64,000 nucleotides of DNA. It comes from Betaproteobacteria bacterium (GTDB taxonomy: Bacteria > Pseudomonadota > Gammaproteobacteria > Burkholderiales > SG8-39). Shown here piece by piece: positions 45,901 to 55,790 of this stretch. The notes beneath the pieces are model-generated. The model saw nothing but the letters and a program-made list of their open reading frames with translations. It was not told where the DNA came from and did no database searches. The position numbers and the translations under genes are program-made. The stretch is taken from NCBI GenBank assembly GCA_029883975.1, contig JAOUIL010000002.1, forward strand, positions 3,014-67,013, in the 5' to 3' direction. Positions within the stretch are counted from its first letter, which is position 1, and every line of letters starts with the position of its first letter.

Positions 45901-46710
45901 GGACGCGTCTGCCGAGGTCGGGTCCACGGCGAACACCAGCCCCGCGGCTTCCGCCGCTTCCATCACGCGCCGCGTCACCACGCCGGCGCCCGCGCGCACC
46001 GTGGGCACCTTGCCCTCGACGCCCGGCAGCTCGCTCCATTCGACGGCGCCCAGCGCCTCGAGCTTCTCGGTGTTCACCACCGCCGAGCGCGGCGTGAGCG
46101 GCACCGCGCCGCCCGTGTAGCCGGTGCCGCCGCCGCGCGGCACGATGGTGAGGCCGAGCGCGGCGAGCGCGCGCACCAGCGGCAGCACCTCCTCCTCGCT
46201 ATCGGGCGAGACGACGACGAACGGAACCTCGACGCGCCAGTCGGTGGCGTCGGTGACGTGCGCGACGCGCGCGAAGCCGTCGAAGGCGACGTTGTCGCGG
46301 CGCGTGACGCGCCCGAGGCGCTTCAGCGTGCGCGCGCGCAGCGCGCGCGTCTCGCTGAACCAGGCCGCGAAGCGATCCAGCGCTCCGCCGGCGAGCTCGA
46401 GCAGGCGTCCCACCTTGTCGTTGCCGGCGCGCCGCGCCTCGATCTCTGCAAGGCGCGCGCGCATGCCGCCGAGCAGCCGCGCGCGCGCGCGGCGGCGCTC
46501 GAGCAGCCCGTCCTCCAGGTACGGGTTGCGGCGCACCGCCCAGATCTCGCCCAGGACCTCGTACAGCATCCGCGCCGAGCGGCCAGTGCGCCGCTCCGCG
46601 CGCAGCTCGGCGAGCAGCGCCCAGCCTTCCGCGCCGAGCAGGCGCAGCACGATCTCGCGGTCGGAGAACGAGGTGTAGTTATACGGGATCTCGCGCAGCC
46701 GCGTCTGCAC
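42973..46710 (-). CDS. FAD-linked oxidase / 4Fe-4S / CCG multidomain oxidoreductase (DUF3683 N-terminus)
   Basis: [59 protein letters not shown]...CP and CCG motifs. Confidence 0.92.
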   Translation of the reverse strand: MQTRLREIPYNYTSFSDREIVLRLLGAEGWALLAELRAERRTGRSARMLYEVLGEIWAVRRNPYLEDGLLERRRARARLLGGMRARLAEIEARRAGNDKVGRLLELAGGALDRFAAWFSETRALRARTLKRLGRVTRRDNVAFDGFARVAHVTDATDWRVEVPFVVVSPDSEEEVLPLVRALAALGLTIVPRGGGTGYTGGAVPLTPRSAVVNTEKLEALGAVEWSELPGVEGKVPTVRAGAGVVTRRVMEAAEAAGLVFAVDPTSADASCIGGNVAMNAGGKKAVLWGTAVDNLAWWKMVTPQGEWLEVERYRHNLGRLQDAEMATFHVRRVSRDGKKLLEERAIDIPGGAFRKNGLGKDVTDKFLGGLPGVQKEGCDGLIVAARFILHRMPAHTRTVCLEFFGSAAEAVPAIVEIKAHVARQAGVRLAGLEHLDERYVKAVDYATKSRRGERPRMVLIGDLVGEQVDEVASCASAVVRTANARGGEGFVAVSPEARKRFWLERARTAAIARHTNAFKINEDVVIPLEQLGAYTEGVERINIECSIDNKLALLDALEEYFHDELPLLQGEERLPRPELLGERPPQALELLAGVRARWQRLRNAIDVEFEALQSRRERLSWKTEVREPLRAIFAGAPYARILEGAEAVHRRVLRGRVFVALHMHAGDGNVHSNIPVNSDDYAMLQRATQVVGRLMRLAKSLGGVISGEHGIGITKLEYLEPAELEAFRAYKQAVDPDGRFNAGKLLAGGDLANAYTPSFSLIGAESLILEESDLGGVAQSIKDCLRCGKCKPVCATHVPRANLLYSPRNKILAASLLIEAILYEEQTRRGVARVHYDEFADVADHCTVCHKCASPCPVDIDFGDVSIAMRNLLRRAGRRRFNAGTRAAMFFLNVTDPRAVRLARQAMIRWGYAVQRAAHRLLGVFARAQTRRPPASTGRPALAAQVVHFVNKPMPGGLPKRTARALLDIEDARIVPIVRDPARASEDSEAVFYFPGCGSERLFSQVGLATQAMLYEVGAQCVLPPGYLCCGYPQKAAGEQERGERIITANRVLFHRLATTLNYLDIRTVIVSCGTCLDQLEHYEFGRIFPGSRLIDIHEYLLERGVKLDGVTGERYLYHDPCHTPMKLRAPLETVRAIAGGAVQLSARCCGESGTLALTRPDISTQVRFRKEEELRRGVAALGGEGPVKVLTSCPSCLQGLSRFDDAGTRADYLVVEMARRLLGEDWLPQFVRKANAGGIERVLL

Positions 46711-46711
46711 G

Positions 46712-47485
46712 TCAGGTGCTTTCCGGGATGCCGAACACGTCGCGGTAGCTGGCGTAGTAGCTGCCGAACAGCGTCGGCAGGAGCAGCAGCGCCAGGGGCA
46801 GGATCATCGATTGCACGCCGGCCGCTGCCGCGCCCGCGGGCAGCAGCGCGACCAGCAGCGTCAGCGCGCCGATGATCACGAACAGCGCCGCCACCAACCC
46901 GAGCGCGTACACGACGAAAGCGCGCAGGTTCAGCCAGAACGCCACTGCGCTGTAGAACAGCGCCTTGGCCGGCCCCACGCCGTGCCAGGCGACGAGCACC
47001 GGCGCGAACCACAGTAGCATCATCGTGGGCAGGTAGAGCAGCACCGACAGCAGCAGGCCCGCCGCCATCGCGCCGCCGGGATCGGCGACCTCGGCTTGCG
47101 GCGCGGCGCCGAGCAGCGCCTGCGCGAGCGCCCCGCCGTCGGCGAGCGCCGAGCCGAAGATCGCGCCGAAGAAGCCGATGAGGTACACCACGCCCAGCAC
47201 GAGCTGCGCCGGCAGCCGCTCGCGAAAGCCGGCGGCGAGCATCGCCAGCTCGACCGGCTGGCGCCGCCAGGCCGCGCGGCTCGCCGCCATGAAGCCGACC
47301 GAGAGCGCCGGCACGAGCAGCGCGACCGCGAGCGGTCCGACCAAACGCACGGCGGAGAGCAGCATCGTGCCCATCAGGTAGGCGAACACCAGCGCCAGCC
47401 AGCCGAAGGGCGCGGCGCGGAACATGCGCCAGCCCTCCGCCAGCCAGGCCAGGCCGCGCGCCGGCAGCACGACGCGCGCGTTCAC
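46712..47485 (-). CDS. BPSS1780-family membrane protein
   Basis: [21 protein letters not shown] and YYASYRDVF; coupled to thrB by GTGA. Confidence 0.8.
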   Translation of the reverse strand: MNARVVLPARGLAWLAEGWRMFRAAPFGWLALVFAYLMGTMLLSAVRLVGPLAVALLVPALSVGFMAASRAAWRRQPVELAMLAAGFRERLPAQLVLGVVYLIGFFGAIFGSALADGGALAQALLGAAPQAEVADPGGAMAAGLLLSVLLYLPTMMLLWFAPVLVAWHGVGPAKALFYSAVAFWLNLRAFVVYALGLVAALFVIIGALTLLVALLPAGAAAAGVQSMILPLALLLLPTLFGSYYASYRDVFGIPEST

Positions 47486-48438
47486 GGCGCCCCGATCCAC
47501 GGCGGCGCCTCGGCGATGCGCCGCTCGAGCACGAGGCGGAAATGCTCCGGGTCGTGCGCGTGCACCAGCTCCCCGGGGCGCGGCAGATGCAGGTCGTGCA
47601 TGCGCGACAGCCAGAAGCGCAGCGCGGCCGCGCGCAGCATCGCCGGCCAGGCCGCGCGCTCCACGGCCGAGAACGGGCGCAGCGCGTCGTAGGCGGCGAG
47701 GAACGCGCGCGTCAGGCCGGGATCGAGGCCACGGTCGGCGACGGGATCGGCGAGGCACCAGTCGTTCGCGCACACCGCCACGTCGTACAGCAGGCAGTCC
47801 ACGCCCGCGAAGTAGAAATCGAACACGCCCGACAGCCGCCCGTCGTCGAACAGCGCGTTGTCGCGAAACAGGTCCGCGTGCACCGGACCGCGCGGCAGAT
47901 CGGGGAAGCGCTGCCCGGCCTGAAAGTCGAGCTCCGCCTCGAGCAGCTTGCTGCGCGCCGCGTCGAGGAAGGGCCGCAGGTCGCGCGCCGCGACGCGCCA
48001 CCAGCGCGGGCCGCGCGGGTTGTCCAGGTAGCCGCCGTAGGAGCGCCCGGCGAGATGCATGCGCGCGAGCAGCGCGCCGAGCTCGGCGCACTCGTGCGCG
48101 CCCGGGCGCTCGATCGAGCGCCCGGGCAGGCGCGTGACCAGCGCCGCCGGCTTGCCGTTCAGCTCGCCGAGCAGCGCGTTCGCCAGGTCGGCGATCGGCG
48201 CCGGGCAGGGAATCCCGTGGCGCGCAAGGTGCGCCATCAGCTCGAGGTAGAACGGCAGCTCGGCGGCCGGCAGCCGCTCGAACAAGGTCAGCACGTAGCG
48301 CCCTTGCGACGTGGTGACGAAATAGTTGGTGTTCTCGATGCCCGACTTGATCGGCTCGAGCGCGCGCAGCGCGCCGACCGAGTAGTTGCGCAGCCAGGCG
48401 GCGAGCTCGGCCTGCGAAACGGGCGTGTAGACCGACAA
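47482..48438 (-). CDS. thrB: Homoserine kinase type II (APH family)
   Basis: SVYT, GIENTNYF, YVLTLFE, HADLFRDN, DFYFA and AALRFWLSR. TTG start. Confidence 0.94.
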   Translation of the reverse strand: MSVYTPVSQAELAAWLRNYSVGALRALEPIKSGIENTNYFVTTSQGRYVLTLFERLPAAELPFYLELMAHLARHGIPCPAPIADLANALLGELNGKPAALVTRLPGRSIERPGAHECAELGALLARMHLAGRSYGGYLDNPRGPRWWRVAARDLRPFLDAARSKLLEAELDFQAGQRFPDLPRGPVHADLFRDNALFDDGRLSGVFDFYFAGVDCLLYDVAVCANDWCLADPVADRGLDPGLTRAFLAAYDALRPFSAVERAAWPAMLRAAALRFWLSRMHDLHLPRPGELVHAHDPEHFRLVLERRIAEAPPWIGAP

Positions 48439-48439
48439 G

Positions 48440-48499
48440 TCAGCCGCGCCGCGAGCTAGCCCGCGCGCTCGCCGGCGCGGGGGCGATGGGGCGGCGCAT
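48440..48499 (-). CDS. Possible 19-aa leaderless ORF upstream of thrB (MRRPIAPAPASARASSRRG)
   Basis: ATG lies 7 nt after TAAAAT (48507-48512, minus strand), and its TGA lies 1 nt before the thrB TTG. Confidence 0.3.
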   Translation of the reverse strand: MRRPIAPAPASARASSRRG

Positions 48500-48512
48500 G
48501 CACCCGATTTTA

Positions 48513-49229
48513 CTAGAGGTTGAGCAGCACCTCGCGCTCGGCCGGCGAGGGCTCGAAGCCGCGCTTCTCGTAGTAGGCGAAGATCGCATCCACCACCGCC
48601 GGCGGCTCGTCGATCACCTGCAGCAGCGCCGGGTCGCCGGCATCGATCATGCCCTCGCTCACCAGCCGCTCGCCGATCCATTCGCGCAGGCCGCGCCAGA
48701 ACGGGGCGTGCATGAGGATGATCGGCATCTTGCGCGTCTTGCCGGTCTGCACGAGCGTCAGCGCCTCGAACAGCTCGTCGAGGGTGCCATAGCCGCCGGG
48801 CAGGATGATGAAGGCGGTGGCGAACTTGGCGAACATCACCTTGCGCGTGAAGAAGTGCTTGAAACGCAGGCTGATGTCCTGGTATTCGTTGGCGTGCTGC
48901 TCGCGCGGCAGGTCGATGTTCAGGCCGACGGCGGGACCGCGCCCGGCGAACGCGCCCTTGTTGGCCGCTTCCATCACGCCGGGGCCGCCGCCCGAGATCA
49001 CGGCGAAGCCCGCGTCCGACAGCAGGCGCGAGACCTCCTCGGCGAGCCGGTAGTAGTGCGTGCCAGGCGCGGCGCGCGCGCTGCCGAACACCGACACCGC
49101 GGGCCGGATGTTGGCCAGCCGCTCGGTCGCGTCGACGAACTCTGCCATAATGCCGAACACCCGCCACGCCTCGCGCGCGCTGATTTCCGGCGCGCGCACC
49201 GCAGGCTTGGGCAGCTTGTCGTTGCTCAC
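48513..49229 (-). CDS. LOG family (TIGR00730) nucleotide phosphoribohydrolase
   Basis: VSVFGSAR, SGGGPGVMEAAN, RKVMF and PGGYGTLDE. Confidence 0.93.
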   Translation of the reverse strand: MSNDKLPKPAVRAPEISAREAWRVFGIMAEFVDATERLANIRPAVSVFGSARAAPGTHYYRLAEEVSRLLSDAGFAVISGGGPGVMEAANKGAFAGRGPAVGLNIDLPREQHANEYQDISLRFKHFFTRKVMFAKFATAFIILPGGYGTLDELFEALTLVQTGKTRKMPIILMHAPFWRGLREWIGERLVSEGMIDAGDPALLQVIDEPPAVVDAIFAYYEKRGFEPSPAEREVLLNL

Positions 49230-49241
49230 TGGTCGCTCACC

Positions 49242-51944
49242 GTGTCAGGAAAAGCTCCGCAAAAGACGCTCCTGCTCGTGGACGGCTCGTCCTACCTGTA
49301 CCGGGCGTTCCACGCGCTGCCGGAGCTGAAAAGCCCGCGCGGCGAGCCGACCGGCGCGATCCGCGGGGTGCTCGCCATGCTACGGCGGCTGGCCGAGGAT
49401 CACAAGGCTGAGGCGCGCGCCTGCGTGTTCGACGCGCGCGGTCCCACGTTCCGCGAAGCCGAGTACGCCGAGTACAAGGCCCATCGCCCGTCGATGCCCG
49501 AGCCGCTCGCCGCGCAGATCGAGCCGCTCAAGGAAGCGGTTGTGGCGCTAGGCTGGCCGGTGCTCGCCGTCGAGGGCGTGGAGGCCGACGACGTGATCGC
49601 CACGCTCGCCGCCGAGGCAGCGCGGCGCGGCTGGCGCACGGTGATCTCCACCGGCGACAAGGACCTCGCGCAGCTGGTCGGGGACGACGTGACGCTGGTC
49701 AACACCATGTCCAACGAAACGCTCGACCGCGCGGGCGTGCAGCAGAAGTTCGGCATCGCGCCCGAGCAGTTCGTCGACTACCTCACGCTCACCGGCGACG
49801 CCGTGGACAACGTGCCGGGCGTGGACAAGGTCGGCCCCAAGACCGCGGCGAAGTGGATCCAGCAGTACGGCTCGCTCGACGCGGTCATGGCGCACGCGGG
49901 CGAGATCGGCGGCGCCGTGGGCGAGAACCTGAGGAAGGCGCTCGACTGGCTGCCGCGCGGCCGGCGGCTGCTCACGGTGAAGCGCGACGTCGCGCTGCCG
50001 GTGTCGCTCGAGCAGCTGGACGGCGCCCCCGACCTGGAGCAGCAGCGCGCGCTCTACGAGCGCTTCGGCTTCAGGACCTGGCTCGCGGAGCTGGGCGGGG
50101 CGCCCGCCGCGCCGCAGATGGCGCCGGCCGGCGAAGCGCCCCGGCGCCGCTACCAGATGCTCGCCGACGAGGCGGCGCTCGCCGCCTGGCTCGTGGACAT
50201 GCGGGGCGCGCCGCTGGTCGGCTTCGACACCGAGACCACCGGCCTCGAGCCGATGCTCGCGCGCCTGGTCGGCATGTCGTTCGCGTTCGGCGAGCGCGCC
50301 GCCTACCTGCCGCTCGAGCACCAGTACCCCGGCGCGCCCGCGCAGATCGGCAGCGCGCGCGCGCTCGAGCTGCTGCGGCCGTGGCTCGAGGATGCGGCGC
50401 GGCCGAAGGTCGGGCAGAACCTGAAGTTCGACGCGCACGTGCTCGCCAACCACGGCGTCGCGCTCGCCGGCATCGCGCACGACACGCTGCTCGAATCCTA
50501 CGTTCTCGAGGTGCACGAGCGGCACGACCTCGACTCGCTCGCCCAGCGCCACCTCGGCTGGAAGACGATTTCCTACGACGAGGTCACCGGCAAGGGCGCG
50601 GCGCGCATCGCTTTCTCGTCGGTGAGCGTGGAGCGCGCCACGGACTACGCGGCCGAGGACGCCGATTGCGCGCTCGCGGTGCACGAGGCGCTCCATCCGC
50701 GCATCGCCGCCGACGCCGCGCTCGCGCGCGTCTACGAGACCATCGAGATGCCGGTGATGCCGGTGCTGCTCAGGATGGAGAGGAACGGCGTGCTGCTCGA
50801 TCGCGCGAAGCTCGAGGCGCAGAGCCACGAGCTCGGCCGGGAGATGCTCGAGCTCGAGCAGAAGGCCTACGCCGCCGCCGGCCAGCCGTTCAATCTGAAC
50901 TCGCCCAAGCAGATCCAGGAGATCCTGTTCGAGCGGCAGAAGCTGCCGGTGAAGAAGAAAACGCCCTCGGGCCAGCCCTCGACCGACGAGGACGTGCTCG
51001 CCGAGCTCGCCAACGACTATCCGCTGCCGAAGCTCCTGCTCGAGTACCGCGGCATCGCCAAGCTCAAGTCCACCTACACCGACAAGCTGCCGAAGATGAT
51101 CCACCCGGGCACCGGCCGCGTGCACACGACGTACTCGCAGGCGGTGGCGGTCACCGGGCGCCTGGCATCCAACGACCCCAACCTGCAGAACATCCCCATC
51201 CGCACGCCGCAGGGCCGGCGCATCCGCGAGGCGTTCGTCGCGCCCCCCGGCGCGCGCTTGGTGTCGGCGGACTACTCGCAGATCGAGCTGCGCATCATGG
51301 CGCACCTCTCGGGCGACGAGGGGCTGCGCCACGCGTTCGCGCACGGCCAGGACGTGCACCGCGCCACGGCCGCCGAGGTGTTCGGGCGGGCGCTGGACGA
51401 GGTGACGCCCGACGAGCGGCGCACCGCCAAGGTGATCAACTTCGGCCTGATCTACGGCATGAGCGCCTTCGGCCTGGCGCAGAACCTGGGCATCGAGCGC
51501 GTCACCGCGCAGGCCTACATCGACTCGTACTTCTCGCGCTATCCGGGCGTGAAGCGCTACATGGACGGCACGCGCGAGAAGGCGCGCAGCGACGGCTACG
51601 TGGAGACCGTGTTCGGACGGCGCCTGTGGCTGCCCGAGATCAGGTCCGCCAATCCGCAGCGGCGCGCGGGCGCCGAGCGCGCGGCGATCAACGCGCCCAT
51701 GCAGGGCACGGCCGCGGACCTGATCAAGCTCGCCATGATCGCGGTACAGCGCTGGCTGGAAGCCGAGCGCCTCGGCGCGCGGCTCATCCTGCAGGTGCAC
51801 GACGAGCTGGTGCTGGAAGTGCCCGAAGTGGAGCTCGATGCCGTGCGCGAGGGATTGCGCGAGCGCATGCAGGGCGCGGCCGCGCTCGAGGTGCCGCTGA
51901 TCGTCGAGCTCGGCACCGGCGCGAACTGGGACGAGGCGCACTAG
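49242..51944 (+). CDS. polA: DNA polymerase I
   Basis: LVDGSSYLYRAFHA (5' exonuclease); DTETTG, NLKFD and YAAEDAD (3' exonuclease); ADYSQIELR, AKVINFGLIYG and QVHDELV. Confidence 0.98.
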   Translation: MSGKAPQKTLLLVDGSSYLYRAFHALPELKSPRGEPTGAIRGVLAMLRRLAEDHKAEARACVFDARGPTFREAEYAEYKAHRPSMPEPLAAQIEPLKEAVVALGWPVLAVEGVEADDVIATLAAEAARRGWRTVISTGDKDLAQLVGDDVTLVNTMSNETLDRAGVQQKFGIAPEQFVDYLTLTGDAVDNVPGVDKVGPKTAAKWIQQYGSLDAVMAHAGEIGGAVGENLRKALDWLPRGRRLLTVKRDVALPVSLEQLDGAPDLEQQRALYERFGFRTWLAELGGAPAAPQMAPAGEAPRRRYQMLADEAALAAWLVDMRGAPLVGFDTETTGLEPMLARLVGMSFAFGERAAYLPLEHQYPGAPAQIGSARALELLRPWLEDAARPKVGQNLKFDAHVLANHGVALAGIAHDTLLESYVLEVHERHDLDSLAQRHLGWKTISYDEVTGKGAARIAFSSVSVERATDYAAEDADCALAVHEALHPRIAADAALARVYETIEMPVMPVLLRMERNGVLLDRAKLEAQSHELGREMLELEQKAYAAAGQPFNLNSPKQIQEILFERQKLPVKKKTPSGQPSTDEDVLAELANDYPLPKLLLEYRGIAKLKSTYTDKLPKMIHPGTGRVHTTYSQAVAVTGRLASNDPNLQNIPIRTPQGRRIREAFVAPPGARLVSADYSQIELRIMAHLSGDEGLRHAFAHGQDVHRATAAEVFGRALDEVTPDERRTAKVINFGLIYGMSAFGLAQNLGIERVTAQAYIDSYFSRYPGVKRYMDGTREKARSDGYVETVFGRRLWLPEIRSANPQRRAGAERAAINAPMQGTAADLIKLAMIAVQRWLEAERLGARLILQVHDELVLEVPEVELDAVREGLRERMQGAAALEVPLIVELGTGANWDEAH

Positions 51945-52038
51945 CCGCGGTTGTAGGCCCGTCCGGGCCTGTGCTACCGTGCCCCCCAAGAGGGGCTCGA
52001 TCCCCCGCCGTCAACTGAACCTAACCGGAGGAGGAAAC

Positions 52039-53061
52039 ATGCAACGCACCCGCACGTGCATTGCCGCCGCGCTCAGCGTCGCGCTGGCGGCTTTTTCCGG
52101 CGCCGCCGCGGCGCAGAAGGTGGAGTGGAAGTTCTCCACCTGGGGCAAGCAGCGCGCCTTCACCAAGGGCATCGAGGTGCTGGCCGACAAGGTCGCCAAG
52201 GGCAGCGGCGGCAACTTCACCATCCGCATCGGCTATGCCGAGACCTTCTCCAAGGACCGCGAGAACCTCGACGGCCTGAAGCTCAAGGCGATCGACGCCG
52301 CGCACTTCTGCAACTTCTACCACCCGGGCAAGAACCCGGCGTTCATGGTGTTCTCGCTGCCGTTCCTGCCGCTCGGCGACTGGGACGTGTCGGTGAAGGC
52401 GAGGAACCAGCTGTTCCGGCATCCGGCGCTGGTGGCGGACATGAACAACTGGGACGCGATGGCCTACGCCTCGACGCTGCTGCCGCAGTACGAGTTCCTC
52501 GGCAAGGGCAAGCCGCCGGCGACGCTCGCCGACTGGAAGGGCAAGCGCGTGCGCGCGGGCGGCGGCCTGGGCGACGCCATGGAGGTGCTCGGCGCGATCA
52601 AGACCACTACCACGGCGACCGAGGTATACACGGCGATGGAGCGCGGCACGATGGACGCGGCGTCCTTCCCGTTCACGTACGCGCAGGTGGCCTACAAGAT
52701 CCACGAGGTGTCGGACTGGTACACCACCAACATGTCGCCGGGCACCGCCGAGTGCCCGATCGTGTTCAGCAAGTCCTCGTGGGCGAAGCTGCCCGCGCAG
52801 TACCAGAAGCTGGTCACCGACGCGAAGGCCGAGGTGGACCGCGCGCAGGTCGAGGCCTACGTGGAAATCGACAAGAAGAACCTGCCGATGCTCAACGCCA
52901 AGCTCAAGCCCGTCACCTACAGCGCCGCGCAGCTCGAGGAGTTCCAGCGCGTGGCCGGCAAGCCGGTGTGGGACAAGTGGGTGGAGGAGAACAAGGCGCG
53001 CTTCAACGGCCAGGAGCTGATCGACACGATCTTCCGCATTGCCAAGGCGGGAGGCAAGTAG
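52039..53061 (+). CDS. dctP: TRAP transporter substrate-binding protein
   Basis: Signal peptide, SLPFLP, DWKGKRVR and EVYTAMERGTMD. Strong RBS GGAGGAGG. Confidence 0.9.
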   Translation: MQRTRTCIAAALSVALAAFSGAAAAQKVEWKFSTWGKQRAFTKGIEVLADKVAKGSGGNFTIRIGYAETFSKDRENLDGLKLKAIDAAHFCNFYHPGKNPAFMVFSLPFLPLGDWDVSVKARNQLFRHPALVADMNNWDAMAYASTLLPQYEFLGKGKPPATLADWKGKRVRAGGGLGDAMEVLGAIKTTTTATEVYTAMERGTMDAASFPFTYAQVAYKIHEVSDWYTTNMSPGTAECPIVFSKSSWAKLPAQYQKLVTDAKAEVDRAQVEAYVEIDKKNLPMLNAKLKPVTYSAAQLEEFQRVAGKPVWDKWVEENKARFNGQELIDTIFRIAKAGGK

Positions 53062-53085
53062 GACGGCGGGGCCGGGGCTGCCCGG

Positions 53086-53724
53086 GTGCAAACCCAAATG
53101 CCCAGCGACGAGGCGGCGGCCGACGCGCCGGTACTGTCGGCCTTCGACCGCCGGCTCGGCTACGTCGAGACCGGCTTCAACCTGGTCGCCTCGTTCGCCA
53201 TCTTCGCGCTGATGCTGCTCGGCGTCTGGCAGGTGGTGGGCCGCACGCTGTTCAACGCGCCGGTGCGCGGCTACATCGACTTCGTCGAGCTGTCGGTCTC
53301 CACCTTCGCCTTTCTCGGCATCGCCTACTGCCAGCGTCTGGGAGGCCACGTGCGCATGGAGATGATGCTCAAGCCGATGCGCGGGCGGCTGCTGTGGGGC
53401 GCCGAGATCTTCGGCACGCTGGTGGCGCTCGCCGTGGTGGCCGTGCTGATCTGGTACGGCTGGGGACATTTTTTGCGCGCCTACCAGCTCGGCGACAGCA
53501 CCATCGACGCCGAGCTGCCCGTGTGGCCGTCCAAGCTCGCGGTGCCCGTGGCCTTCGGCCTGCTGTGGCTGCGCCTGCTGCTGCAGCTCGCTGGCTACGT
53601 GCGGCTGGCGCTCGACCCGCGGCGGCGCCCGGTGGCGGTGACCACCGTGCTGACGCCCGAGGAGCTCGCCGCGCACGAGATCGAGGAAAGCGTCGGCGCC
53701 GCCGAGCGCGGCAGGCCGAGATAG
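53086..53724 (+). CDS. dctQ: TRAP transporter small permease
   Basis: Four TM segments and GIAYCQRLGGHVRME. The start may be 53098. Confidence 0.9.
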   Translation: MQTQMPSDEAAADAPVLSAFDRRLGYVETGFNLVASFAIFALMLLGVWQVVGRTLFNAPVRGYIDFVELSVSTFAFLGIAYCQRLGGHVRMEMMLKPMRGRLLWGAEIFGTLVALAVVAVLIWYGWGHFLRAYQLGDSTIDAELPVWPSKLAVPVAFGLLWLRLLLQLAGYVRLALDPRRRPVAVTTVLTPEELAAHEIEESVGAAERGRPR

Positions 53725-53727
53725 CCG

Positions 53728-55029
53728 GTGGACGAGTTCACCATCGGGATTCTCGGTGTGGTCGCGCTTGTGCTGCTGGTGTTCCTCGGCGTGCGCGTGT
53801 TCATCGCCGCCGCCGCGGTCGGCCTGGCGGGCCTGGTGGCGATGATCGGCTGGGACTCCGGGGCCGGCATGGTGGGCACGATCCCGCACTCGAAGTCGGT
53901 GACCTACACGCTGTCCGTTCTGCCGATGTTCATCCTGATCGGCTTTCTCGCTTTCCATGCCGGGCTGACGGAAAAGCTGTTCGACGCCGCGACCAAGTGG
54001 CTCGGCTGGGTGCCGGGAGGGCTGGCGGTCGCCACCGTGATGGCCGCGACCGGCTTCGCGGCCGTGTCGGGCGCGAGCACGGCGACCGCCGCGGTGTTCA
54101 GCCGCGTGGCGATCCCCGACATGCTCAAGGCCGGCTACGACAAGCGGCTGGCCGCAGGGGTGGTGGCGGCGGGCGGCACGCTCGCAACGCTCATTCCGCC
54201 CTCGGCGATCCTCGTCATCTACGCCATCATCGTCGAGGAGTCGGTCGGCATGCTGCTGGTGGCCGGGTTCCTGCCCGGCATCGTCTCGGCGCTCGTCTAC
54301 ATGGCGATGATCGTGCTCATGGCCAAGCTCAACCCGAGCCTCGGCCGGCCGATCCGCGGCTTCAGCTGGTCGCAGCGCTGGAAGTCGGTGCCCGGGACCT
54401 TCCCGATCATCGCCGTGGTGCTGATCATTTTCTCGGCGATGTATTTCGGCTGGGCGACGCCCACCGAGGCGGGCGCGCTCGGCGCGTTCGTGGTATTCGC
54501 GCTGGCGCTCGTGCACGGCATGCGCTGGCGCGGCCTGCGCGATTCGCTGCTCGAGTCCGCCAAGCTCACGGTAATGATCTTCTCGATCATCTGGGGCGTG
54601 CTGATCTTCGTGCGGTTCCTCGGCTTCGCCGGGCTGCCCGAGGCCTTCGCCAAGTGGGTAGTGTCGCTCGACGTGCCGCCGATCATGATCATCATCTGCA
54701 TCCTGCTGTTCTACGTGGTGCTCGGCATGTTCATGGACGCGATCGGCATGCTGCTGCTCACGCTGCCGGTGATCTATCCCGCGGTCATCGCGCTCGGCTA
54801 CGACCCGATCTGGTTCGGCATCATCGTCGTCAAGATGGCCGAGATCTGCCTGATCACGCCGCCGATCGGGCTGAACTGCTTCGTGGTGAACGGCGTGCGG
54901 CCGGACATCCCGCTCACCACCGTGTTCCGCGGCATCTTCCCGTTCTTCGCCGCTGACGTGGCGACCGTCGGCCTGTTCCTCGCCTTCCCGCAGATCATCC
55001 TCTGGGTGCCGCAGCTGATGCGCAGCTAA
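53728..55029 (+). CDS. dctM: TRAP transporter large permease
   Basis: LPMFILIG, VPGGLAVA, GTLATLIPPS, TPTEAG and ITPPIGLN. Confidence 0.94.
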   Translation: MDEFTIGILGVVALVLLVFLGVRVFIAAAAVGLAGLVAMIGWDSGAGMVGTIPHSKSVTYTLSVLPMFILIGFLAFHAGLTEKLFDAATKWLGWVPGGLAVATVMAATGFAAVSGASTATAAVFSRVAIPDMLKAGYDKRLAAGVVAAGGTLATLIPPSAILVIYAIIVEESVGMLLVAGFLPGIVSALVYMAMIVLMAKLNPSLGRPIRGFSWSQRWKSVPGTFPIIAVVLIIFSAMYFGWATPTEAGALGAFVVFALALVHGMRWRGLRDSLLESAKLTVMIFSIIWGVLIFVRFLGFAGLPEAFAKWVVSLDVPPIMIIICILLFYVVLGMFMDAIGMLLLTLPVIYPAVIALGYDPIWFGIIVVKMAEICLITPPIGLNCFVVNGVRPDIPLTTVFRGIFPFFAADVATVGLFLAFPQIILWVPQLMRS

Positions 55030-55036
55030 GCGAATT

Positions 55037-55100
55037 GGGGACAGACCCCATTTTTCTCATTTGTGAATGAATCGCAAATGAGAAAAATGGGGTCTGTCCC
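55037..55100. repeat. Long AT-rich inverted repeat (REP-doublet/REPIN-like; probable bidirectional terminator)
   Basis: 26-bp perfect arms 55038-55063/55075-55100 (GGGACAGACCCCATTTTTCTCATTTG) between the convergent dctM and DUF4197 genes. Confidence 0.85.
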
Positions 55101-55777
55101 TATTTGCTTAATGCGCCGAAGACCTTCTTCAGCAGCGAGGAGGCCGTGCCGACCGGATCCTTGCGGATCTTCTTCTCTTCTTCCGCCACCATGAAGTACA
55201 GCCCGTCCAGGGCCTTCTGCGTGACGTAGTCGTCGAGGTTGGCGTCCTGCGCGCGCACCAGCCCCACGCGCACGCCGTACTTGGCGTACTCGCTATACGT
55301 CTGCGCCAGGCCCACCTGCGCGGTCGCCTGGCGCACGATCGGCAGGAACTTGGCGCGTAGCGGCTCGGCGGTCGTACGCCGGAAATAGGCCGTCGCCGCG
55401 GTCTCGCCGCCGGTGAGGATGCCTTTCGCATCCTGCACGCTCATCTGCCGGATCGCATCGACAAACAGTTGCTGCGCCTGCGGCACGGCAGCCTCGGCCG
55501 CGCGATTGAGCGCGAGCAGCAGCTCGTCGGCCTGCCGGCCCATGCCGAAGCGGCGCATGTTCTTTTCCGCACGCCGCAGCGATTCCGGCAGCGGGATGCG
55601 CACGCGGGCGTCCTCGTAGAACCCGTTCTCGCGCCCGAGCTGCTCGACCGCGGCGCGCGTACCGCGCTGCAAAGCGCCCTTGAGCGCGTTGACCGCTTCG
55701 CGGTTCGTGACGCCCTCGAGCTGCGCCCACGCGGGCGCGGCGATGACAAGCGCGGCGACTAGCGGCAGAATGCGCAC
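55100..55777 (-). CDS. DUF4197 family exported protein
   Basis: LKGALQRG, VRIPLP, LNRAAEAAVP, DAKGILTGG, LDDYVT and EEKKIRKDP. GTG start follows AGGAG; alternative ATG at 55792. Confidence 0.9.
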   Translation of the reverse strand: MRILPLVAALVIAAPAWAQLEGVTNREAVNALKGALQRGTRAAVEQLGRENGFYEDARVRIPLPESLRRAEKNMRRFGMGRQADELLLALNRAAEAAVPQAQQLFVDAIRQMSVQDAKGILTGGETAATAYFRRTTAEPLRAKFLPIVRQATAQVGLAQTYSEYAKYGVRVGLVRAQDANLDDYVTQKALDGLYFMVAEEEKKIRKDPVGTASSLLKKVFGALSK

Positions 55778-55790
55778 CCGGATTCTCCTC

